Shown here piece by piece: positions 26,001 through 39,556 of a stretch of 64,000 nucleotides of DNA (the first letter of the stretch is position 1; each line of letters starts with the position of its first letter). This stretch comes from Auanema rhodensis (taxonomy: Eukaryota > Animalia > Nematoda): assembly GCA_964057225.1 (NCBI GenBank), contig OZ059899.1, positions 16,058,001-16,122,000 of the forward strand, given 5' to 3'. A program made the position numbers and the translations under genes. Under the pieces are notes generated by a model, which worked only from the letters and a program-made list of their open reading frames with translations, did no database searches and had not been told where the DNA came from.

Positions 26001-27009
26001 GCAGTAGGGTAAAAACAATTTTAGCTAAGTTGGAATGCCAAAAAATATCTGATGAGAGTGGAATTCGAACCCACGCCTCCGAAGAGACTGGTGCCTTAAA
26101 CCAGCGCCTTAGACCACTCGGCCATCTCACCATGTTGTGACTATTTCTGTCGTATGTTATAATTGAATTTCATCATAGCAGTAGGGTAAAAACAATTTTA
26201 GCTACGTTGGAATATCAAAAAATAATCTGATGAGAGTGGGATTCGAACCCACGCCTCCGAAGAGACTGGTGCCTAAAACCTGCGCCTTAGACCGCTCGGC
26301 CATCTCACCTTGACGTGACTATTTCAGTCGTATGTTATATTTGAATTCGATCATCGCAGTGGGGTAAAAACAATTTTAGCTAAGTTGGAATGTCAAAAAA
26401 TATCTGATGAGAGTGGGATTCGAACCCACGCCTCCGAAGAGACTGGTGCCTAAAACCAGCGCCTTAGACCACTCGGCCATCTCACCATGTTGTGACTATT
26501 TCTGTCGTATGTTATATTTGAATTTCATCATAGCAGTAGGGTAAAAACAATTTTAGCTACGTTGGAATATCAAAAAATAATCTGATGAGAGTGGGATTCG
26601 AACCCACGCCTCCGAAGAGACTGGTGCCTAAAACCAGCGCCTTAGACCGCTCGGCCATCTCACCATGATTTGACTACTTCTGTTGTATGCTATATTCGAA
26701 TTTGATCATCGCAGTAGGGTAAAAACAATTTTAGCTAAGTTGGAATGCCAAAAAATATCTGATGAGAGTGGGATTCGAACCCACGCCTCCGAAGAGACTG
26801 GTGCCTAAAACCAGCGCCTTAGACCGCTCGGCCATCTCACCATGATGTGACTACTTCTGTTGTATGCTATATTCGAATTTGATCATCGCAGTAGGGTAAA
26901 AACAATTTTAGCTAAGTTGGAATGCCAAAAAATATCTGATGAGAGTGGGATTCGAACCCACGCCTCCGAAGAGACTGGTGCCTAAAACCAGCGCCTTAGA
27001 CCGCTCGGC
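23057..27009 (-). tRNA. tRNA-Leu cluster, segment 3 (23 anticodon loops, TAG-dominated)
   Basis: Manual count: 16 TAG, 6 AAG, 1 TAA. Several units are 178 bp (AAAAAATAATCTG or AAAAAATGATCTG). Confidence 0.9.
25696..25777 (-). tRNA. tRNA-Leu-TAA: tRNA-Leu(TAA) variant unit
   Basis: Plus strand CTGGTGC-TTA-AAACCAG at 25741-25743 gives loop TTTAAGC; the rest of the body is consensus. Only copy I noticed. Confidence 0.7.
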
Positions 27010-27649
27010 CACTATGGAGCTCATTTTAGTGCAAAAAATTATATCTATCGTCGTATAGGATTACGGTAGCCTTCTATTTCTATTTTATTTCTACTTATTC
27101 CTTGTTTTTTGTTGTTTATTCACCTAATTTCTCTGTTTGTCATGAATATTTTTCTAATTCATCGTTACTTTTATCTTACAATGTGGAAAAAATAATTATA
27201 TTTGAAGTTATTTCTGTCGTCGGCTATGATAAAGTCCGAATCTTTGTCAGTGTTGTCAAAAACTGAATATATGTTTTCTCGAGGAGTATAGAACTTGCCG
27301 ACTTCCAGCTTCGGCTTCATGTCTGTTTTCTGCAGTTCTCCTCTTTGAACACTGAGAAGACTTGTACGGCTTCTTGTGCGGCTGCCGACACAAGCGTCAC
27401 TGCTGGTATCGGACGGGTAAAAATCTGGGCAAGCCAATGAGAATTTTTTGGCCACCTTTGTAGGACTCTTGGTTTCGAAAAACCGAGAGTGGTGAACTAC
27501 GTGTGGCATGTTGACGTAAGGTGCGTAAGATTGTTTAAGATGTGTGTTAGGGAGAGAGAGAGTTTCAAGAGCAAAAGGACAGGCGTGCTTCGCTGGGCGA
27601 TGCGGAGGGTATATGAGAAGGATTTTTTTCCAACAGTCTCTTCGGAGCA
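27010..27649 (-). mobile_element. 640-bp one-ended DNA transposon fragment (terminus CACTATG; Transib-like or CACTA/CMC-like), copy 1, most divergent
   Basis: Starts CACTATGGAGCTCATTTTAGTGCAAAAAA inside the tRNA A-box region. Contains an AT-rich trailer and the 3' end of a minus-strand ORF. No second terminus. Confidence 0.6.
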
Positions 27650-29706
27650 GCCTCAGATCGCTCGGCCATCTCACTATGATGTGACTATTTCTGTCGTATG
27701 TTATATTTGAATTTGATCATCGCAGTAGGGTAAAAACAATGTTAGCAACGTTGGAATGCCAAAAAATATCTGATGAGAGTGGGATTCGAACCCACGCCTC
27801 CGAAGAGACTGGTGCCTTAAACCAGCGCCTTAGACCGCTCGGCCGTGTCACCATGATGTGACTATTTCTGTCGTATGTTATATTTGAATTTGATCATCGC
27901 AGTAGGGTAAAAACAATTCTAGCTACGTTGGAATGTCAAAAAATATCTGATGAGAGTGGGATTCGAACCCACGCCTCCGAAGAGACTGGTGCCTTAAACC
28001 AGCGCCTTAGACCGCTCGGCCATCTCACCATGATGTGACTATTTCTGTCGTATGTTATATTTGAATTTGATCATCGCAGTAGGGTAAAAACAATTTTAGC
28101 TAAGTTGGAATGCCAAAAAATATCTGATGAGAGTGGGATTCGAACCCACGCCTCCGAAGAGACTGGTGCCTTAAACCAGCGCCTTAGACCGCTCGGTCAT
28201 CTCACCATGATGTGACTATTTCTGTCGTATGTTATATTTAAATTTGATCATAGTAGTAGGGTAAAAACAATTTTAGCTAAGTTGGAATGCCAAAAAATAT
28301 CTGATGAGAGTGGGATTTTAACCCACGCCTCCGAAGAGACTGGTGCCTTAAACCAGCGCCTTAGACCGCTCGGCCGTGTCACCATGATGTGACTATTTCT
28401 GTCGTATGTTATATTTGAATTTGATCATCGCAGTAGGGTAAAAACAATTCTAGCTACGTTGGAATGTCAAAAAATATCTGATGAGAGTGGGATTCGAACC
28501 CACGCCTCCGAAGAGACTGGTGCCTAAAACCAGCGCCTTAGACCGCCCGGCCATCTCACCATGATGTGACTATTTCTGTCGTATGTTATATTTGAATTTG
28601 ATCATCGCAGTAGGGTAAAAACAATGTTAGCAACGTTGGAATGCCAAAAAATATCTGATGAGAGTGGGATTCGAACCCACGCCTCCGAAGAGACTGGTGC
28701 CTTAAACCAGCGCCTTAGACCGCTCGGCCGTGTCACCATGATGTGACTATTTCTGTCGTATGTTATATTTGAATTTGATCATCGCAGTAGGGTAAAAACA
28801 ATTCTAGCTACGTTGGAATGTCAAAAAATATCTGATGAGAGTGGGATTCGAACCCACGCCTCCGAAGAGACTGGTGCCTTAAACCAGCGCCTTAGACCGC
28901 TCGGCCGTGTCACCATGATGTGACTATTTCTGTCGTATGTTATATTTGAATTTGATCATCGCAGTAGGGTAAAAACAATGTTAGCAACGTTGGAATGCCA
29001 AAAAATATCTGATGAGAGTGGGATTCGAACCCACGCCTCCGAAGAGACTGGTGCCTTAAACCAGCGCCTTAGACCGCTCGGCCGTGTCACCATGATGTGA
29101 CTATTTCTGTCGTATGTTATATTTGAATTTGATCATCGCAGTAGGGTAAAAACAATTCTAGCTACGTTGGAATGTCAAAAAATATCTGATGAGAGTGGGA
29201 TTCGAACCCACGCCTCCGAAGAGACTGGTGCCTTAAACCAGCGCCTTAGACCGCTCGGCCATCTCACCATGATGTGACTACTTCTGTTGTATGCTATATT
29301 CGAATTTGATCATCGCAGTAGGGTAAAAACAATTTTAGCTAAGTTGGAATGCCAAAAAATATCTGATGAGAGTGGGATTCGAACCCACGCCTCCGAAGAG
29401 ACTGGTGCCTAAAACCAGCGCCTTAGACCGCTCGGCCATCTCACCATGATGTGACTACTTCTGTTGTATGCTATATTCGAATTTCATCATCGCAGTAGGG
29501 TAAAAACAATTTTAGCTAAGTTGGAATGCCAAAAAATATCTGATGAGAGTGGGATTCGAACCCACGCCTCCGAAGAGACTGGTGCCTAAAACCAGCGCCT
29601 TAGACCGCTCGGCCATCTCACCATGATGTGACTACTTCTGTTTTATGTTCCAACCCACGCCTCCGAAGAGACTGGTGCTTTTAACCAGCGCCTTAGACCG
29701 CTCGGC

Positions 29707-30346
29707 CACTATGGAGCTCATTTTAGTGCAAAAAATTATCTCTATCGTCGTATAGGATTACGGTAGCCTTCTATTTCTATTATATTTCTACTTATTCCTT
29801 GTTTTTTGTTGTTTATTCACCTAATTTCTCTGTTTCTCATGAATATTTTTCTAATTCATCGTTACTTTTATCTTACAATATGGAAAAAATAATTATATTT
29901 GAAGTTATTTCTGTCGTCGGCTATGATAAAGTCCGAATCTTTATCAGTGTTGTCAAAAACTGAATATATGTTTTCTCGAGGAGTATAGAACTTGCCGACT
30001 TCCAGCTTCGGCTTCATGTCTGTTTTCTGCAGTTCTCCTCTTTGAACACTGAGAAGACTTGTACGGCTTCTTGTGCGGCTGCCGACACAAGCGTCACTGC
30101 TGGTATCGGACGGGTAAAAATCTGGGCAAGCCAATGAGAATTTTTTGGCCACCTTTGTAGGACTCTTGGTTTCGAAAAACCGAGAGTGGTGAACTACGTG
30201 TGGCCCGTTGACGTAAGGTGCGTAAGATTGTTTTAGATGTGTGTTAGGAAGAGAGAGAGTTTCAAGAGCAAAAGGACAGGCGTGCTTCGCTGGGCGATGC
30301 GGAGGGTATATGAAAGGGATTTTTTTCCAACAGTCTCTTCGGAGCA
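29707..30346 (-). mobile_element. 640-bp CACTATG fragment, copy 2
   Basis: Same junctions and near-identical sequence. Confidence 0.6.
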
Positions 30347-31872
30347 GCCTCAGACCGCTCGGCCATCTCACCATGATGTGACTATTTCTGTCGTATGTTA
30401 TATTTAAATTTGATCATAGTAGTAGGGTAAAAACAATGTTAGCAACGTTGGAATGCCAAAAAATATCTGATGAGAGTGGGATTCGAACCCACGCCTCCGA
30501 AGAGACTGGTGCCTTAAACCAGCGCCTTAGACCGCTCGGCCATCTCACCATGATGTGACTATTTCTGTCGTATGTTATATTTGAATTTGATCATCGCAGT
30601 AGTGTAAAAACAATTCTAGCTACGTTGGAATATCAAAAATAATCTGATGAGAGTGGGATTCCAACCCACGCCTACGAAGAGACTGGTGCCTAAAACCAGC
30701 GCCTTAGACCGCCCGGCCATCTCACCATGATGTGACTATTTCTGTCGTATGTTATATTTGAATTTGATCATCGCAGTAGGGTAAAAACAATGTTAGCAAC
30801 GTTGGAATGCCAAAAAATATCTGATGAGAGTGGGATTCGAACCCACGCCTCCGAAGAGACTGGTGCCTTAAACCAGCGCCTTAGACCGCTCGGCCGTGTC
30901 ACCATGATGTGACTATTTCTGTCGTATGTTATATTTGAATTTGATCATCGCAGTAGGGTAAAAACAATGTTAGCAACGTTGGAATGCCAAAAAATATCTG
31001 ATGAGAGTGGGATTCGAACCCACGCCTCCGAAGAGACTGGTGCCTTAAACCAGCGCCTTAGACCGCTCGGCCGTGTCACCATGATGTGACTATTTCTGTC
31101 GTATGTTATATTTGAATTTGATCATCGCAGTAGGGTAAAAACAATGTTAGCAACGTTGGAATGCCAAAAAATATCTGATGAGAGTGGGATTCGAACCCAC
31201 GCCTCCGAAGAGACTGGTGCCTTAAACCAGCGCCTTAGACCGCTCGGCCGTGTCACCATGATGTGACTATTTCTGTCGTATGTTATATTTGAATTTGATC
31301 ATCGCAGTAGGGTAAAAACAATTCTAGCTACGTTGGAATGTCAAAAAATATCTGATGAGAGTGGGATTCGAACCCACGCCTCCGAAGAGACTGGTGCCTT
31401 AAACCAGCGCCTTAGACCGCTCGGCCATCTCACCATGATGTGACTACTTCTGTTGTATGCTATATTCGAATTTGATCATCGCAGTAGGGTAAAAACAATT
31501 TTAGCTAAGTTGGAATGCCAAAAAATATCTGATGAGAGTGGGATTCGAACCCACGCCTCCGAAGAGACTGGTGCCTAAAACCAGCGCCTTAGACCGCTCG
31601 GCCATCTCACCATGATGTGACTACTTCTGTTGTATGCTATATTCGAATTTCATCATCGCAGTAGGGTAAAAACAATTTTAGCTAAGTTGGAATGCCAAAA
31701 AATATCTGATGAGAGTGGGATTCGAACCCACGCCTCCGAAGAGACTGGTGCCTAAAACCAGCGCCTTAGACCGCTCGGCCATCTCACCATGATGTGACTA
31801 CTTCTGTTTTATGTTCCAACCCACGCCTCCGAAGAGACTGGTGCTTTTAACCAGCGCCTTAGACCGCTCGGC

Positions 31873-32512
31873 CACTATGGAGCTCATTTTAGTGCAAAAA
31901 ATTATCTCTATCGTCGTATAGGATTACGGTAGCCTTCTATTTCTATTATATTTCTACTTATTCCTTGTTTTTTGTTGTTTATTCACCTAATTTCTCTGTT
32001 TCTCATGAATATTTTTCTAATTCATCGTTACTTTTATCTTACAATATGGAAAAAATAATTATATTTGAAGTTATTTCTGTCGTCGGCTATGATAAAGTCC
32101 GAATCTTTATCAGTGTTGTCAAAAACTGAATATATGTTTTCTCGAGGAGTATAGAACTTGCCGACTTCCAGCTTCGGCTTCATGTCTGTTTTCTGCAGTT
32201 CTCCTCTTTGAACACTGAGAAGACTTGTACGGCTTCTTGTGCGGCTGCCGACACAAGCGTCACTGCTGGTATCGGACGGGTAAAAATCTGGGCAAGCCAA
32301 TGAGAATTTTTTGGCCACCTTTGTAGGACTCTTGGTTTCGAAAAACCGAGAGTGGTGAACTACGTGTGGCCCGTTGACGTAAGGTGCGTAAGATTGTTTT
32401 AGATGTGTGTTAGGAAGAGAGAGAGTTTCAAGAGCAAAAGGACAGGCGTGCTTCGCTGGGCGATGCGGAGCGTATATGAAAGGGATTTTTTTCCAACAGT
32501 CTCTTCGGAGCA
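31873..32512 (-). mobile_element. 640-bp CACTATG fragment, copy 3
   Basis: Same junctions and near-identical sequence. Confidence 0.6.
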
Positions 32513-32883
32513 GCCTCAGACCGCTCGGCCATCTCACCATGATGTGACTATTTCTGTCGTATGTTATATTTGAATTTGATCATCGCAGTAGTGTAAAAAC
32601 AATTCTAGCTACGTTGGAATATCAAAAATAATCTGATGAGAGTGGGATTCGAACCCACGCCTCCGAAGAGACTGGTGCCTTAAACCAGCGCCTTAGACCG
32701 CTCGGCCGTGTCACCATGATGTGACTATTTCTGTCGTATCTTATATTTGAATTTGATCATCGCAGTAGGGTAAAAACAATTCTAGCTACGTTGGAATGTC
32801 AAAAAATATCTGATGAGAGTGGGATTCGAACCCACGCCTCCGAAGAGACTGGTGCTTTTAACCAGCGCCTTAGACCGCTCGGC

Positions 32884-33521
32884 CACTATGGAGCTTATTT
32901 TAGTGCAAAAAATTATCTCTATCGTCGTATAGGATTACGGTAGCCTTCTATTTCTATTATATTTCTACTTATTCCTTGTTTTTCGTTGTTTATTCACCTA
33001 ATTTCTCTGTTTCTCATGAATATTTTTCTAATTCATCGTTACTTTTATCTTACAATATGGAAAAAATAATTATATTTGAAGTTATTTCTGTCGTCGGCTA
33101 TGATAAAGTCCGAATCTTTATCAGTGTTGTCAAAAACTGAATATGTTTTCTCGAGGAGTATAGAACTTGCCGACTTCCAGCTTCGGCTTCATGTCTGTTT
33201 TCTGCAGTTCTCCTCTTTGAACACTGAGAAGACTTGTACGGCTTCTTGTGCGGCTGCCGACACAAGCGTCACTGCTGGTATCGGACGGGTAAAAATCTGG
33301 GCAAGCCAATGAGAATTTTTTGGCCATCTTTGTAGGACTCTTGGTTTCGAAAAACCGAGAGTGGTGAACTACGTGTGGCCCGTTGACGTAAGGTGCGTAA
33401 GATTGTTTTAGATGTGTGTTAGGAAGAGAGAGAGTTTCAAGAGCAAAAGGACAGGCGTGCTTCGCTGGGCGATGCGGAGGGTATATGAAAGGGATTTTTT
33501 TCCAACAGTCTCTTCGGAGCA
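32884..33521 (-). mobile_element. CACTATG fragment, copy 4 (2-bp deletion)
   Basis: Same junctions; GAATATG replaces GAATATATG and frameshifts the ORF. Confidence 0.6.
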
Positions 33522-34516
33522 GCCTCAGACCGCTCGGCCATCTCACCATGACGTGACTATTTCTGTCGTATGTTATATTTGAATTTCATCATAGTAGTAG
33601 GGTAAAAACAATGTTAGCAACGTTGGAATGCCAAAAAATATCTGATGAGAGTGGGATTCGAACCCACGCCTCCGAAGAGACTGGTGCCTAAAACCAGCGC
33701 CTTAGACCGCCCGGCCATCTCACCATGATGTGACTATTTCTGTCGTATGTTATATTTGAATTTGATCATCGCAGTAGGGTAAAAACAATGTTAGCAACGT
33801 TGGAATGCCAAAAAATATCTGATGAGAGTGGGATTCGAACCCACGCCTCCGAAGAGACTGGTGCCTTAAACCAGCGCCTTAGACCGCTCGGCCGTGTCAC
33901 CATGATGTGACTATTTCTGTCGTATGTTATATTTGAATTTGATCATCGCAGTAGGGTAAAAACAATTCTAGCTACGTTGGAATGTCAAAAAATATCTGAT
34001 GAGAGTGGGATTCGAACCCACGCCTCCGAAGAGACTGGTGCCTTAAACCAGCGCCTTAGACCGCTCGGCCATCTCACCATGATGTGACTACTTCTGTTGT
34101 ATGCTATATTCGAATTTGATCATCGCAGTAGGGTAAAAACAATTTTAGCTAAGTTGGAATGCCAAAAAATATCTGATGAGAGTGGGATTCGAACCCACGC
34201 CTCCGAAGAGACTGGTGCCTAAAACCAGCGCCTTAGACCGCTCGGCCATCTCACCATGATGTGACTACTTCTGTTGTATGCTATATTCGAATTTCATCAT
34301 CGCAGTAGGGTAAAAACAATTTTAGCTAAGTTGGAATGCCAAAAAATATCTGATGAGAGTGGGATTCGAACCCACGCCTCCGAAGAGACTGGTGCCTAAA
34401 ACCAGCGCCTTAGACCGTTCGGCCATCTCACCATGATGTGACTACTTCTGTTTTATGTTCCAACCCACGCCTCCGAAGAGACTAGTGCTTTTAACCAGCG
34501 CCTTAGACCGCTCGGC

Positions 34517-35156
34517 CACTATGGAGCTCATTTTAGTGCAAAAAATTATCTCTATCGTCGTATAGGATTACGGTAGCCTTCTATTTCTATTATATTTCTA
34601 CTTATTCCTTGTTTTTTGTTGTTTATTCACCTAATTTCTCTGTTTCTCATGAATATTTTTCTAATTCATCGTTACTTTTATCTTACAATGTGGAAAAAAT
34701 AATTATATTTGAAGTTATTTCTGTCGTCGGCTATGATAAAGTCGGAATCTTTATCAGTGTTGTCAAAAACTGAATATATGTTTTCTCGAGGAGTATAGAA
34801 CTTGCCGACTTCCAGCTTCGGCTTCATGTCTGTTTTCTGCAGTTCTCCTCTTTGAACACTGAGAAGACTTGTACGGCTTCTTGTGCGGCTGCCGACACAA
34901 GCGTCACTGCTGGTATCGGACGGGTAAAAATCTGGGCAAGCCAATGAGAATTTTTTGGCCATCTTTGTAGGACTCTTGGTTTCGAAAAACCGAGAGTGGT
35001 GAACTACGTGTGGCCCGTTGACGTAAGGTGCGTAAGATTGTTTTAGATGTGTGTTAGGAAGAGAGAGAGTTTCAAGAGCAAAAGGACAGGCGTGCTTCGC
35101 TGGGCGATGCGGAGGGTATATGAAAGGGATTTTTTTCCAACAGTCTCTTCGGAGCA
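34517..35156 (-). mobile_element. 640-bp CACTATG fragment, copy 5
   Basis: Same junctions and near-identical sequence. Confidence 0.6.
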
Positions 35157-37036
35157 GCCTCAGACCGCTCGGCCATCTCACCATGACGTGACTATTTCTG
35201 TCGTATGTTATATTTGAATTTCATCATAGTAGTAGGGTAAAAACAATGTTAGCAACGTTGGAATGCCAAAAAATATCTGATGAGAGTGGGATTCGAACCC
35301 ACGCCTCCGAAGAGACTGGTGCCTTAAACCAGCGCCTTAGACCGCTCGGCCGTGTCACCATGATGTGACTATTTCTGTCGTATGTTATATTTGAATTTGA
35401 TCATCGCAGTAGGGTAAAAACAATGTTAGCAACGTTGGAATGCCAAAAAATATCTGATGAGAGTGGGATTCGAACCCACGCCTCCGAAGAGACTGGTGCC
35501 TTAAACCAGCGCCTTAGACCGCTCGGCCATCTCACCATGATGTGACTATTTCTGTCGTATGCTATATTCGAATTTGATCATCGCAGTAGGGTAAAAACAA
35601 TTCTAGCTACGTTGGAATGTCAAAAAATATCTGAGGAGAGTGGGATTCGAACCCACGCCTCCGAAGAGACTGGTGCCTTAAACCAGCGCCTTAGACCGCT
35701 CGGCCATCTCACCATGATGTGACTATTTCTGTCGTATGTTATATTTGAATTTGATCATCGAAGTAGTGTAAAAACAATTCTAGCTACGTTGGAATGTCAA
35801 AAAATATCTGATGAGAGTGGGATTCGAACCCACGCCTCCGAAGAGACTGGTGCCTTAAACCAGCGCCTTAGACCGCTCGGCCATCTCACCATGATGTGAC
35901 TATTTCTGTCGTATGCTATATTCGAATTTGATCATCGCAGTAGGGTAAAAACAATTCTAGCTACGTTGGAATGTCAAAAAATATCTGATGAGAGTGGGAT
36001 TCGAACCCACGCCTCCGAAGAGACTGGTGCCTTAAACCAGCGCCTTAGACCGCTCGGCCATCTCACCATGATGTGACTATTTCTGTCGTATGCTATATTC
36101 GAATTTGATCATCGCAGTAGGGTAAAAACAATTTCAGCTAAGTTGGAATGCCAAAAAATATCTGATGAGAGTGGGATTTTAACCCACGCCTCCGAAGAGA
36201 CTGGTGCCTTAAACCAGCGCCTTAGACCGCTCGGCCGTGTCACCATGATGTGACTATTTCTGTCGTATGTTATATTTGAATTTGATCATCGCAGTAGGGT
36301 AAAAACAATGTTAGCAACGTTGGAATGCCAAAAAATATCTGATGAGAGTGGGATTCGAACCCACGCCTCCGAAGAGACTGGTGCCTTAAACCAGCGCCTT
36401 AGACCGCTCGGCCGTGTCACCATGATGTGACTATTTCTGTCGTATGTTATATTTGAATTTGATCATCGCAGTAGGGTAAAAACAATTCTAGCTACGTTGG
36501 AATGTCAAAAAATATCTGATGAGAGTGGGATTCGAACCCACGCCTCCGAAGAGACTGGTGCCTTAAACCAGCGCCTTAGACCGCTCGGCCATCTCACCAT
36601 GATGTGACTACTTCTGTTGTATGCTATATTCGAATTTGATCATCGCAGTAGGGTAAAAACAATTTTAGCTAAGTTGGAATGCCAAAAAATATCTGATGAG
36701 AGTGGGATTCGAACCCACGCCTCCGAAGAGACTGGTGCCTAAAACCAGCGCCTTAGACCGCTCGGCCATCTCACCATGATGTGACTACTTCTGTTGTATG
36801 CTATATTCGAATTTCATCATCGCAGTAGGGTAAAAACAATTTTAGCTAAGTTGGAATGCCAAAAAATATCTGATGAGAGTGGGATTCGAACCCACGCCTC
36901 CGAAGAGACTGGTGCCTAAAACCAGCGCCTTAGACCGTTCGGCCATCTCACCATGATGTGACTACTTCTGTTTTATGTTCCAACCCACGCCTCCGAAGAG
37001 ACTAGTGCTTTTAACCAGCGCCTTAGACCGCTCGGC

Positions 37037-37676
37037 CACTATGGAGCTCATTTTAGTGCAAAAAATTATCTCTATCGTCGTATAGGATTACGGTAGCCTT
37101 CTATTTCTATTATATTTCTACTTATTCCTTGTTTTTTGTTGTTTATTCACCTAATTTCTCTGTTTCTCATGAATATTTTTCTAATTCATCGTTACTTTTA
37201 TCTTACAATGTGGAAAAAATAATTATATTTGAAGTTATTTCTGTCGTCGGCTATGATAAAGTCGGAATCTTTATCAGTGTTGTCAAAAACTGAATATATG
37301 TTTTCTCGAGGAGTATAGAACTTGCCGACTTCCAGCTTCGGCTTCATGTCTGTTTTCTGCAGTTCTCCTCTTTGAACACTGAGAAGACTTGTACGGCTTC
37401 TTGTGCGGCTGCCGACACAAGCGTCACTGCTGGTATCGGACGGGTAAAAATCTGGGCAAGCCAATGAGAATTTTTTGGCCACCTTTGTAGGACTCTTGGT
37501 TTCGAAAAACCGAGAGTGGTGAACTACGTGTGGCCCGTTGACGTAAGGTGCGTAAGATTGTTTTAGATGTGTGTTAGGAAGAGAGAGAGTTTCAAGAGCA
37601 AAAGGACAGGCGTGCTTCGCTGGGCGATGCGGAGGGTATATGAAAGGGATTTTTTTCCAACAGTCTCTTCGGAGCA
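37037..37676 (-). mobile_element. 640-bp CACTATG fragment, copy 6
   Basis: 2520 bp after copy 5. Confidence 0.6.
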
Positions 37677-39556
37677 GCCTCAGACCGCTCGGCCATCTCA
37701 CCATGATGTGACTATTTCTGTCGTATGTTATATTTAAATTTGATCATAGTAGTAGGGTAAAAACAATGTTAGCAACGTTGGAATGCCAAAAAATATCTGA
37801 TGAGAGTGGGATTCGAACCCACGCCTCCGAAGAGACTGGTGCCTTAAACCAGCGCCTTAGACCGCTCGGCCATCTCACCATGATGTGACTATTTCTGTCG
37901 TATGTTATATTTGAATTTGATCATCGCAGTAGTGTAAAAATAATTCTAGCTACGTTGGAATATCAAAAATAATCTGATGAGAGTGGGATTCCAACCCACG
38001 CCTACGAAGAGACTGGTGCCTAAAACCAGCGCCTTAGACCGCCCGGCCATCTCACCATGATGTGACTATTTCTGTCGTATGTTATATTTGAATTTGATCA
38101 TCGCAGTAGGGTAAAAACAATGTTAGCAACGTTGGAATGCCAAAAAATATCTGATGAGAGTGGGATTCGAACCCACGCCTCCGAAGAGACTGGTGCCTTA
38201 AACCAGCGCCTTAGACCGCTCGGCCGTGTCACCATGATGTGACTATTTCTGTCGTATGTTATATTTGAATTTGATCATCGCAGTAGGGTAAAAACAATTC
38301 TAGCTACGTTGGAATGTCAAAAAATATCTGATGAGAGTGGGATTCGAACCCACGCCTCCGAAGAGACTGGTGCCTTAAACCAGCGCCTTAGACCGCTCGG
38401 CCATCTCACCATGATGTGACTATTTCTGTCGTATGCTATATTCGAATTTGATCATCGCAGTAGGGTAAAAACAATTTTAGCTAAGTTGGAATGCCAAAAA
38501 ATATCTGATGAGAGTGGGATTTTAACACACGCCTCCGAAGAGACTGGTGCCTTAAACCAGCGCCTTAGACCGCTCGGCCGTGTCACCATGATGTGACTAT
38601 TTCTGTCGTATGTTATATTTGAATTTGATCATCGCAGTAGGGTAAAAACAATTCTAGCTACGTTGGAATGTCAAAAACTATCTGATGAGAGTGGGATTCG
38701 AACCCACGCCTCCGAAGAGACTGGTGCCTAAAACCAGCGCCTTAGACCGCCCGGCCATCTCACCATGATGTGACTATTTCTGTCGTATGTTATATTTGAA
38801 TTTGATCATCGCAGTAGGGTAAAAACAATGTTAGCAACGTTGGAATGCCAAAAAATATCTGATGAGAGTGGGATTCGAACCCACGCCTCCGAAGAGACTG
38901 GTGCCTTAAACCAGCGCCTTAGACCGCTCGGCCGTGTCACCATGATGTGACTATTTCTGTCGTATGTTATATTTGAATTTGATCATCGCAGTAGGGTAAA
39001 AACAATTCTAGCTACGTTGGAATGTCAAAAAATATCTGATGAGAGTGGGATTCGAACCCACGCCTCCGAAGAGACTGGTGCCTTAAACCAGCGCCTTAGA
39101 CCGCTCGGCCATCTCACCATGATGTGACTACTTCTGTTGTATGCTATATTCGAATTTGATCATCGCAGTAGGGTAAAAACAATTTTAGCTAAGTTGGAAT
39201 GCCAAAAAATATCTGATGAGAGTGGGATTCGAACCCACGCCTCCGAAGAGACTGGTGCCTAAAACCAGCGCCTTAGACCGCTCGGCCATCTCACCATGAT
39301 GTGACTACTTCTGTTGTATGCTATATTCGAATTTCATCATCGCAGTAGGGTAAAAACAATTTTAGCTAAGTTGGAATGCCAAAAAATATCTGATGAGAGT
39401 GGGATTCGAACCCACGCCTCCGAAGAGACTGGTGCCTAAAACCAGCGCCTTAGACCGTTCGGCCATCTCACCATGATGTGACTACTTCTGTTTTATGTTC
39501 CAACCCACGCCTCCGAAGAGACTAGTGCTTTTAACCAGCGCCTTAGACCGCTCGGC

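Noticed and set aside
30080-30200. HHSR and SSD peptides resembling the Transib C-terminus
   Set aside because: The matches are too short, their spacing is off and no upstream catalytic Glu motif is visible, so they were not used as evidence.
29868-30374. 168-aa ORF family as a multicopy protein gene
   Set aside because: The N-terminus (MVRWPSGLR) is tRNA 5' sequence plus junction filler. Only the C-terminal part may come from a transposon gene, and one copy is frameshifted.
32811-32883. Leu-charged tRNA with a Phe (AAA) anticodon, implying recoding
   Set aside because: Every AAA copy lacks the 5' acceptor strand and U33, and most also lack the 3' end, so it cannot be a working tRNA.
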